Source: Staphylothermus marinus F1
GTDB lineage: Archaea > Thermoproteota > Thermoprotei_A > Sulfolobales > Desulfurococcaceae
Assembly (NCBI RefSeq): GCF_000015945.1
Contig: NC_009033.1
Location: 1,410,001 to 1,442,000, forward strand
DNA length: 32,000 nt
Direction: 5' to 3'
Part shown: in pieces, positions 25,889 to 32,000 of the stretch
Numbering within the stretch: position 1 is the first letter of the stretch
Layout of the letters: each line of letters opens with the position of its first letter
The notes under the pieces: generated by a model
What the model saw: only the letters and a program-made list of their open reading frames with translations
What the model was told of the DNA's origin: nothing
Database searches by the model: none
Program-made: the position numbers and the translations under genes

Positions 25889-26837
25889 GCATTATGTATT
25901 CTTGAATTGCATTGTTTGAGAAAAATGATTTCAACCTAATAATTAATGGTATTTTGATCTTGAACCCTGCTGCCCTAGAATGCCCGCCTCCCCCAAAGGC
26001 TAGTGCTAGATTCCTAATATTTATGTTTCTGCTTCTAAGACTAACTTTTCCATCTTTCGAAACAACAGCTACAATATCAGCGTTTGTCCTACCCATAGTA
26101 TAGGACGCTGTAAAACTGTTTTCAATGCTTTTATTTTGTAGAACTACTGCTATTCTTATATCATTTATTTCTCTGGTTAGAATTGTATCATCAACCATTT
26201 TATAACCATATAGTTCTTTTTCAAATCTCTCAACAACCTTAGCTGTGAATTCTTCATCCCATAAGACTCCTCTACTAATTTTCTCTAATACTTTGAGACG
26301 CCACTCTGGATCATCATGCCTCCTTATGAGGCGGAGATACCATGGCCCCCTCCAATGATCAAATCTCCACAGATCTCCTGCACATACTCCTCTCACAAGT
26401 TCCGATACAAAATCCTCGTCTACATTGTTTCCATATTGTCTAGCATATTTTGCAACTACTCCTACTGCACATGTTGATCTATCTATATATATTTTAACAC
26501 CTAGCTCCTTCAATTTATTAATCCAATCTTCATCCCACACATGGTGATCAAACCATTCTATATCGATGTTTTTGCCGCGAAGAATCCTTATATACTCTAT
26601 GATCTTGTCCATAGTGTTCTTATTCATACCTAAATCCATTAACGCAATATTTTTTACTGCATAATCTGATCCAACAATTTTCTTCAACGTTTTATATAGA
26701 AGGTATGGTTCGGTGAAATAGATTTTTTCCGGTGGTTTATTATGTAAGTATATGTAGAGAGCGGCCGATCCAACACCATCCATATCAGTATGTGTTACTA
26801 TAATGTAATTATCGTTTACACTCATCTTATCAACCAT
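25839..26837 (-). CDS. DHH/DHHA1-family phosphoesterase (RecJ-like / nanoRNase-like)
   Basis: Motif I THTDMDGVGSA, motif II MDLG, motif III FDHH, and DHHA1 motif GGGGHSRAAGF. 332 aa. The 3' end overlaps the convergent gene by 50 nt. Confidence 0.8.
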   Translation of the reverse strand: MVDKMSVNDNYIIVTHTDMDGVGSAALYIYLHNKPPEKIYFTEPYLLYKTLKKIVGSDYAVKNIALMDLGMNKNTMDKIIEYIRILRGKNIDIEWFDHHVWDEDWINKLKELGVKIYIDRSTCAVGVVAKYARQYGNNVDEDFVSELVRGVCAGDLWRFDHWRGPWYLRLIRRHDDPEWRLKVLEKISRGVLWDEEFTAKVVERFEKELYGYKMVDDTILTREINDIRIAVVLQNKSIENSFTASYTMGRTNADIVAVVSKDGKVSLRSRNINIRNLALAFGGGGHSRAAGFKIKIPLIIRLKSFFSNNAIQEYIMLKLVEKIRDIGIERIG

Positions 26838-26867
26838 AATGTTTTCTTGAATCTCTGAATCTATTCT

Positions 26868-26998
26868 ATAAGGGGATAATAAAGATTTGTTATAAAATAT
26901 TTAACAATATTTCTTTTTTATGCAATTGTATAGGGGAGTAAATATTAATAGGGGATACTATCGCAGTAATTAATAAATAGGTAAAACATCAGGTAAAA
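26868..26998. promoter_or_regulatory. Array of short repeated motifs in the divergent promoter region between the DHH gene and the 27.0-kb cluster
   Basis: ATAAGGGGATAATAAA (26868-26883), ATAGGGGAGTAAATA (26930-26944) and ATAGGGGATACTATC (26948-26962), plus AGGTAAAA twice (26979-26986, 26991-26998). GGGGATAATAAA is also present at the speH promoter (15425-15436). Confidence 0.25.
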
Positions 26999-27014
26999 GT
27001 AGGGCGTCGAACCA

Positions 27015-27476
27015 TTGTTTAGAAGAATGAGGAAAAGGAAATACAGTGATATAACGTCAGTAAGTAGTAGGTTTGAAGCAGAGAAGCTGTTACGTGATCT
27101 AAGCAATAAAGAAAAATCTATACTATATATATTGACAAGCAAAATAGATGATAAGAAGAAAGAGCTAATCAATAATTATTATAAATTTACTGGTAATAAG
27201 CCTCAAGTTGTTGAATTGGAAAATTACAAAGGAAAAACACCGGTAATACTAGCAGAAAGACTTGATAAAGTTGCGAAAACAGTAGAGAAAGATAATAAGG
27301 ATCTAATTGTATTTGTTGACATAGATGATCTAGGAGCTAAAGACAATACTCAAAAATACTTAGTTGTACGAACAATTATCGAAGCACTAGATAAACATCC
27401 TCATATAAAGAAAGCGGTATTTTTCACTCAAAGAAAAGATGTTAAAGATTTAATTGATTATTTCAATACAGAGTAA
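27015..27476 (+). CDS. Small soluble hypothetical protein resembling a P-loop-less RecA/KaiC-derived (DUF835-like) domain
   Basis: No Walker A, but a strand-acidic motif DLIVFVDIDDLGAKD followed by YLVVRTIIEALDK...KKAVFFT. This is the same layout as the C-terminal domain of 28366..29718. TTG at 27015; the ATG at 27027 is the more likely start. Confidence 0.5.
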   Translation: MFRRMRKRKYSDITSVSSRFEAEKLLRDLSNKEKSILYILTSKIDDKKKELINNYYKFTGNKPQVVELENYKGKTPVILAERLDKVAKTVEKDNKDLIVFVDIDDLGAKDNTQKYLVVRTIIEALDKHPHIKKAVFFTQRKDVKDLIDYFNTE

Positions 27477-27579
27477 TTTAAAGCAATTACTCTTTCATAT
27501 ATTGATTTAGATAACATGTTTATATATATCGTTAACTAATAACATTAATTTATGATACTAAAAATATTATTTTAATAGG

Positions 27580-28365
27580 GTGATAATTTTGCCTCGTCTA
27601 AAATTTGTAAAAACAGGTATGTCTGATATCGATGAAAAAATATTAGCAAATAAGGGGCTTCCAAGGCCAGGAACAATATATATTTTGGGGCATCCCGGAG
27701 TCGGTAAAACAACCTTTGTTGCTACATACTTAGTCAATAGAGCTAAGGAAGGAGAGAAGGGAGTATATGTATCTCTTATTGAGAACAAAGAATTATTTAT
27801 AGAGCATTTTAGAGAATTCTCATTCTACAATGATTTAGCAAAGTTTATTGAAAATAATACAATATATTTCGCAGGTGCGCCTCCTGTATATGGTTATGAT
27901 TCTAAGAGAATATTAGACCTATTTGAAAACGTAGGGAATTTAATAAATAGTCTAAATGCTAAGAACTTAGTTATAGATAGCATTAATGCTTTAACACTAT
28001 ATCTTAAAATGCAACAAATAAGAACACTCATTACTCGACTATATTATTTAACAATAGATAATGATTTAACAATAATATTAATTGGTGAGTTACCATTATT
28101 CTCTACATCAACTTATTCATGGTCTGAAGAGTTTATAGCAGACATAGTATTATTAATGGATTATGTATGGATAATATCAGGAGTTCCCAGATTAGCTGTG
28201 AGACTTGTACCAGTAAAGTCGCGAATGTTTAATGTAGCTAAAATACCTTACGAAGTCCAAGTAGATTATAATAATGGATTAAAGCTTATACATGAATTAA
28301 TCGAGCCATATGTCCCCTTCGCTAAGGAAGTTAGTCGTGGCGCGGGTTATATGGAGGAGCGTTAA
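27580..28365 (+). CDS. Single-domain KaiC/RadA-like (RecA-superfamily) ATPase
   Basis: FVKTGMSDIDEKIL..GLPRPGTIYILGHPGVGKTTFVATYLVNRAKEGEKGVYVSLIEN (TGIxxLD-like entry, Walker A, catalytic Glu region), Walker B NLVIDSINAL, and C-terminal ..LVPVKSRMF (KMRG-like). GTG start at 27580; the ATG at 27619 would remove the conserved N-terminal strand. Confidence 0.8.
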   Translation: MIILPRLKFVKTGMSDIDEKILANKGLPRPGTIYILGHPGVGKTTFVATYLVNRAKEGEKGVYVSLIENKELFIEHFREFSFYNDLAKFIENNTIYFAGAPPVYGYDSKRILDLFENVGNLINSLNAKNLVIDSINALTLYLKMQQIRTLITRLYYLTIDNDLTIILIGELPLFSTSTYSWSEEFIADIVLLMDYVWIISGVPRLAVRLVPVKSRMFNVAKIPYEVQVDYNNGLKLIHELIEPYVPFAKEVSRGAGYMEER

Positions 28366-29718
28366 TTGGGAGAATCTACTAGTTTGATTAGTATCTCCAT
28401 ATTGTCTCTTGAGAAATCTTGGTTTATAATATTTCTATCACTATATCTACTACTTATGTGTTTATACAACTATAACAAGTATATACATTATGCAAGATTT
28501 TTTCGAGGAATTACGAGATTTCTCAACATACATATTATTGCATATTTAGTATTCACAGGTTTATTGATATACTCTACTATTATAGAGTCCCGTCTGATCT
28601 TGTTCCATATAATAAATATATTCTCAATTCTCATATTATTTTTATTGCTCACGTATAAGATTGCTTCTTTTTGGGCGCTGGGCAATGAGTTCGATATTTT
28701 CGCTGAAATTGTAAATATGTTTAGCTTTAGCAAAGAAAAAGATCTAGAATACAAATTTAATGCCATAGTAAGCACAAATGTTACCACGGTAACTATTACG
28801 AACGTGTTAATTAGCATATATCTATTATTTAATAATTCATATATAGCGTTCAAATTATTCGTGATACTAATATTCTTTATACTCTACATTTCTAAAGCAA
28901 TACTCTTATTGTATTATAAGGGTAAAAATTCTCTATACATAATGCAGTCACATTTAATACTGATTGATGCCTTGTTAATATTCTCTTTACTTATGTATTC
29001 GACAAGCTACTGTACTGATGTTATCAGCATATTAATAATGATAGGATATATTATATTCTTCTACAATATCCACTTCATCGATTTATCTACCCCATTATAT
29101 TTCTCTGTTAAGAAATTATCTTTGAAAAAATCGGGTTCAATCATAGTATTAGCTAGAAGTAAAAAACCTAAATCTGAAAAGATCATGGAGATCATAAGAG
29201 AAGTAGTGAACACTATGAATGACGGCAAGAAAGTTGTAATGTTTATAAGTAGGCCTCATTCTATGACTTGGAGAAAATTTTATTCAAAAATAATAGCTAA
29301 TATGGATATGCTGAGAAAACTAGGAATTGCTGAGATACATAGGGTTAGTATTAGTCACGGATTAGAATCACTATATCGAATGGAAGCAAGCACGAAGTGT
29401 GTATCCTCTATCTGTTTTAAGGAATATAAATTGTTTGCAGACAGTTCTGTCCTTATAAGAGGTGTTAGAGAATTGTTTTCACACGGTTTTTCACCTATTA
29501 TATTAATTGAGGATTTATTGGATTTCATGATGAGTCTTGGTGGATGGAAAGAAGTTTATAAATTAGTAAACTTCTTGATTAACCTAAACACTAGTAATAC
29601 TCAAAAAATAAGTATTATAATGGTTATTAACACTAGTGTTCCAGAACCTTATAGGGCAGATTTAAAATTGTTGTTTTCATCCCTAATGCCTAGATCGCAG
29701 ATACTGGTTTCATTATAA
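28366..29718 (+). CDS. Polytopic (~7 TM) membrane protein with a C-terminal cytoplasmic P-loop-less RecA-like (DUF835-like) domain
   Basis: About 7 hydrophobic helices in residues 18-237. Then GSIIVLARSKKP...GKKVVMFISRPHS...FSPIILIEDLLDFMMSLGGWKEVYKLVNFLINL...ISIIMVINTSVPEP, i.e. beta-strand/Walker-B-like IEDL with no GKT. The TTG start directly abuts the KaiC-like TAA stop, and GGAGGAG lies 6 nt upstream (28353-28359). Confidence 0.65.
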   Translation: MGESTSLISISILSLEKSWFIIFLSLYLLLMCLYNYNKYIHYARFFRGITRFLNIHIIAYLVFTGLLIYSTIIESRLILFHIINIFSILILFLLLTYKIASFWALGNEFDIFAEIVNMFSFSKEKDLEYKFNAIVSTNVTTVTITNVLISIYLLFNNSYIAFKLFVILIFFILYISKAILLLYYKGKNSLYIMQSHLILIDALLIFSLLMYSTSYCTDVISILIMIGYIIFFYNIHFIDLSTPLYFSVKKLSLKKSGSIIVLARSKKPKSEKIMEIIREVVNTMNDGKKVVMFISRPHSMTWRKFYSKIIANMDMLRKLGIAEIHRVSISHGLESLYRMEASTKCVSSICFKEYKLFADSSVLIRGVRELFSHGFSPIILIEDLLDFMMSLGGWKEVYKLVNFLINLNTSNTQKISIIMVINTSVPEPYRADLKLLFSSLMPRSQILVSL

Positions 29719-29745
29719 TTGTGATTATAAGGAATGACTAAGCTT

Positions 29746-29765
29746 ATATCTAGTATTCTAGATAT
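29746..29765. promoter_or_regulatory. Perfect 8-bp-arm palindrome ATATCTAG-tatt-CTAGATAT between the membrane protein gene and the next ORF
   Basis: Read directly: arms at 29746-29753 and 29758-29765. Lies 28 nt after the stop at 29718 and 27 nt before the TTG at 29792. Could be an operator or a transcript-end hairpin. Confidence 0.25.
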
Positions 29766-29791
29766 CTATTTATCAAGAGCCATTAATAGAC

Positions 29792-30604
29792 TTGATTTAT
29801 TTAAGGTATTATTCTTTTAAACTCCAGTATGTGAGGAGCAGAGATTTGGGGGAGGAAGAGAAAGAGGTATATGAGGTTATAGCGTCTCTTCCAATAGATA
29901 TGAATAGAATGAATATTTTGAATGATATTACATTTGAAGCTCAACTACTTATGCGTAGCAAGTTTTTAAAGAAGATAACACTAGGATACAAAGATTTGCT
30001 TAAGATACATGAACTTGGTAAAGATAAAGAAGTATTATTGACTACAGAGTTTAACAATAAAAGATATATCATATATATTGATCACGGAGTAATAGTCTCT
30101 TCTGCCGAAACAGATCCTGAGAAGGATACGAGAATAGTTGGTTTAAGACCTTTAGCAACACTTATACTCGCATCTAAAATTAAACCCATAACCTTCAAAT
30201 TATTCGAGATACAACCATATGAGGAAGAGAAAACCCAGGAAGCACCTAAGACTGTATACAGGGAATTCATTACTAAGAAAAAAATAGTGCCTCCAACAAT
30301 CCCTGTTAGCAAGAAAAAGGAAACTAGAATAATGGATTTCTCTAAGATGCTCAAGGAATTAATCGATAAAACTAAGCAAGATGTTGAAGATATTGCTCCA
30401 CTATATGGTTGTAAACTCGTAGATGTAAAACTAGCGATTAGTCGTGGAACTATATATATTAGAGTCTATGTTAAAAAGAAGAGCTTCCTGGGTAAATGCT
30501 CTATTGAAAAATTAATGGAAAATATTAAGAATGATCTAGAAGTAATAACTTCGATGATAGATCTAAATCTACCTTATAAAGTAGAAGTGATTCAAATAAA
30601 ATAA
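29792..30604 (+). CDS. Orphan two-domain hypothetical protein with a Lys/Pro-rich linker
   Basis: 270-aa ORF. Start ambiguous (TTG 29792, GTG 29831, ATG 29900). The N-domain (..KRYIIYIDHGVIVSSAETDPEKDTRIVGLRPLATLILASK) is loosely Roadblock/LC7-like. The linker is EEEKTQEAPKTV..KKKIVPPTIPVSKKKE. The C-domain is about 90 aa alpha/beta. No catalytic motif recognised. Confidence 0.5.
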   Translation: MIYLRYYSFKLQYVRSRDLGEEEKEVYEVIASLPIDMNRMNILNDITFEAQLLMRSKFLKKITLGYKDLLKIHELGKDKEVLLTTEFNNKRYIIYIDHGVIVSSAETDPEKDTRIVGLRPLATLILASKIKPITFKLFEIQPYEEEKTQEAPKTVYREFITKKKIVPPTIPVSKKKETRIMDFSKMLKELIDKTKQDVEDIAPLYGCKLVDVKLAISRGTIYIRVYVKKKSFLGKCSIEKLMENIKNDLEVITSMIDLNLPYKVEVIQIK

Positions 30605-30670
30605 AGAACTATAGATTATAAAAATTTTCCCCCAAGAATATTTTAATCATCGATTAGGACCTTTATATAT

Positions 30671-30699
30671 TATACAAGATTAATAATATATCTTGTATA
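30671..30699. promoter_or_regulatory. Perfect 10-bp inverted repeat TATACAAGAT-(9 nt)-ATCTTGTATA embedded in the TATA-rich promoter region of the ACT-V4R gene
   Basis: Read directly: arms at 30671-30680 and 30690-30699, 19-47 nt upstream of the GTG at 30718. Confidence 0.35.
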
Positions 30700-30717
30700 T
30701 ATAGTGTCTAATCCTAG

Positions 30718-31626
30718 GTGATAATATTGAGTTTTTGGAAAATAGTATTAAAGAGAAAAGGCCCTTTAGTTAAAAAAAGAGAAAAGGATATACCTGATCT
30801 CTACTTGGATACTGTCTATTTCTCCGAGAATAAACCATTATCACTATTATTATTAAAGGCTATAAATAAGCCGGGAATAATATTCAAGGTCACCGAGATA
30901 ATAGCTGGTAAAGGCAAAAATATCATTAAGCTTAACGTGCCAGATATAGCATTTGGCGATTATGGTTTTGTATTGATCCTCATTGATAATTGTGATGAGT
31001 CTTGTGGTGAAGATTTGAAAAAGGAAATAGTGAATAGATTGGGGAATGATATTATAAAGATAGATGTGTTCACTTCTACTAATAGCTATGTTTTTCTAAA
31101 ATACAATAGGTTATTACTGCTTGACGATGAATCAATTGTTATGACGAAAAGAATGATTGAAAGAGCTATTTATTATGTGTATAAGAAGGGAATGTTTAAT
31201 GCCACTGCTTTCTTAACAGATTTTGGTAGGGGTATAGGAGAGTCAATCTATGATATATTTATATCTGAGCTAATGAAGGATGTTGAGAGAAAATATGAAG
31301 AAAGACTGAGAGATTCTCTCAAAATGTTTACTTATATATATAAAGCTCTAGGATTAGGAGATATGTTGATAGAAGGTTTAGAAGAGCTTGGAAACAGTTA
31401 TAGGATTATTATTAGAAATAATTATGAATGCACTGCACTTGCAAAATATGGTTCGAAACATGGTTTTGTCGGAAAAGTTGGAAATATGACTAAAGGCGTT
31501 ATAGAGGGGTTCTTCAGGAAATTGTTTAATAGAGAAGTTAGTGTAAAAGAAATTGAATGCGTTCTTGAAGGAAGACAAGCAGATGTATTTACAGTCGATC
31601 TTAGAGAATATGCTTTTGAGTTGTAG
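30718..31626 (+). CDS. ACT-like domain + V4R (4-vinyl reductase-type) small-molecule-binding domain protein
   Basis: N-terminal LSLLLLKAINKPGIIFKVTEIIAGKGKNIIKLNV...FVLILID (ACT-like beta-alpha-beta-beta). C-terminal YRIIIRNNYECTALAKYGSKHGFVGKVGNMTKGVIEGFFRKLFNREVSVKEIECVLEGRQADVFTV matches the V4R signature (..ECxxxx....GxxxGxxxxxxxxxVxxxExxCxxxGxxxCxFxV-like). No ATG near the 5' end: GTG at 30718, or TTG at 30727 after TAGGTGAT. Confidence 0.7.
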   Translation: MIILSFWKIVLKRKGPLVKKREKDIPDLYLDTVYFSENKPLSLLLLKAINKPGIIFKVTEIIAGKGKNIIKLNVPDIAFGDYGFVLILIDNCDESCGEDLKKEIVNRLGNDIIKIDVFTSTNSYVFLKYNRLLLLDDESIVMTKRMIERAIYYVYKKGMFNATAFLTDFGRGIGESIYDIFISELMKDVERKYEERLRDSLKMFTYIYKALGLGDMLIEGLEELGNSYRIIIRNNYECTALAKYGSKHGFVGKVGNMTKGVIEGFFRKLFNREVSVKEIECVLEGRQADVFTVDLREYAFEL

Positions 31627-31660
31627 ATTAAATATAAAATAAGAATAGGATTTTACTCCT

Positions 31661-32000
31661 CTACTTTTCAAGCTCTCTTGTTCTCTCAAATAATTCTTTA
31701 GTTGCTTCACCCATTTCCTTAGTTCCGCCCACTAATTCCTCTGTGGAGGCAACTTCTTCTGGAGCAACCATTGTTGGAACACCTGCTTCACGACCAGCTT
31801 CTTCAAGCTCTCTAACAGCTCTCTTATATACTGAAACAGGATCATAGTAGTAGTTAAATATTATTCTTGAAACATCCCATACATTAAATATGTTCTTATA
31901 GATCATCCAGTTTAATACAGTTGCTTTACGATATATTTCATCAATAATGTCTTCAAGCTCTAATCCACGCTTTGCAGCAATATCCCTTAAATGCAGGCTT
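31661..32000 (-). CDS. Hypothetical protein, 5'-partial (reading frame continues beyond the window end)
   Basis: ORF track gives 31661..31906. Translating 31907-31999 by hand in the same frame shows no stop (SLHLRDIAAKRGLELEDIIDEIYRKATVLNW-MIYKN..), so the gene probably starts outside the window. No motif recognised. Confidence 0.5.
   Translation of the reverse strand, partial: SLHLRDIAAKRGLELEDIIDEIYRKATVLNWMIYKNIFNVWDVSRIIFNYYYDPVSVYKRAVRELEEAGREAGVPTMVAPEEVASTEELVGGTKEMGEATKELFERTRELEK

Overview
AT-rich archaeal chromosome segment. It looks crenarchaeote-like: an intron-containing tRNA, geranylgeranyl reductase, ferredoxin-dependent 2-oxoacid oxidoreductases, AMP phosphorylase, GGAGGTG Shine-Dalgarno motifs before internal operon genes, and many GTG/TTG starts. 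The taxonomic guess is inference only.

I support about 35 protein-coding regions, one tRNA-Ala(CGC) with a 23-nt intron, and one candidate C/D-box sRNA.

The left 24 kb is mostly housekeeping:
- a 5'-partial surface glycoprotein plus a MacB/FtsX permease
- a divergent PadR-MATE pair
- a two-subunit 2-oxoacid:ferredoxin oxidoreductase operon facing a four-subunit (gamma-delta-alpha-beta) POR/VOR-type operon
- a stand-alone RAM-domain protein and an orphan HycI-like hydrogenase maturation protease
- two geranylgeranyl-reductase-family flavoproteins
- pyruvoyl SpeH-type decarboxylase, PGM/PMM-family mutase, an amidohydrolase and a CBS-pair protein
- an AMP phosphorylase gene split by a frameshift inside an A7 tract
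- a MobB-like P-loop protein

The right part (about 24.6-31.6 kb) looks much more AT-rich and is dominated by uncharacterised genes. The best candidate for an undescribed system is the cluster at 27.0-31.6 kb. It holds a single-domain KaiC/RecA-like ATPase that appears translationally coupled to a ~7-TM protein with a P-loop-less, DUF835-like cytoplasmic domain. A small soluble protein just upstream resembles that P-loop-less domain. Downstream come an orphan two-domain protein and an ACT+V4R ligand-binding protein. Several of these genes have their own palindromic or repeated upstream motifs.

No CRISPR array, transposase or integrase was seen. All homology statements come from motif recognition by eye; nothing was searched.
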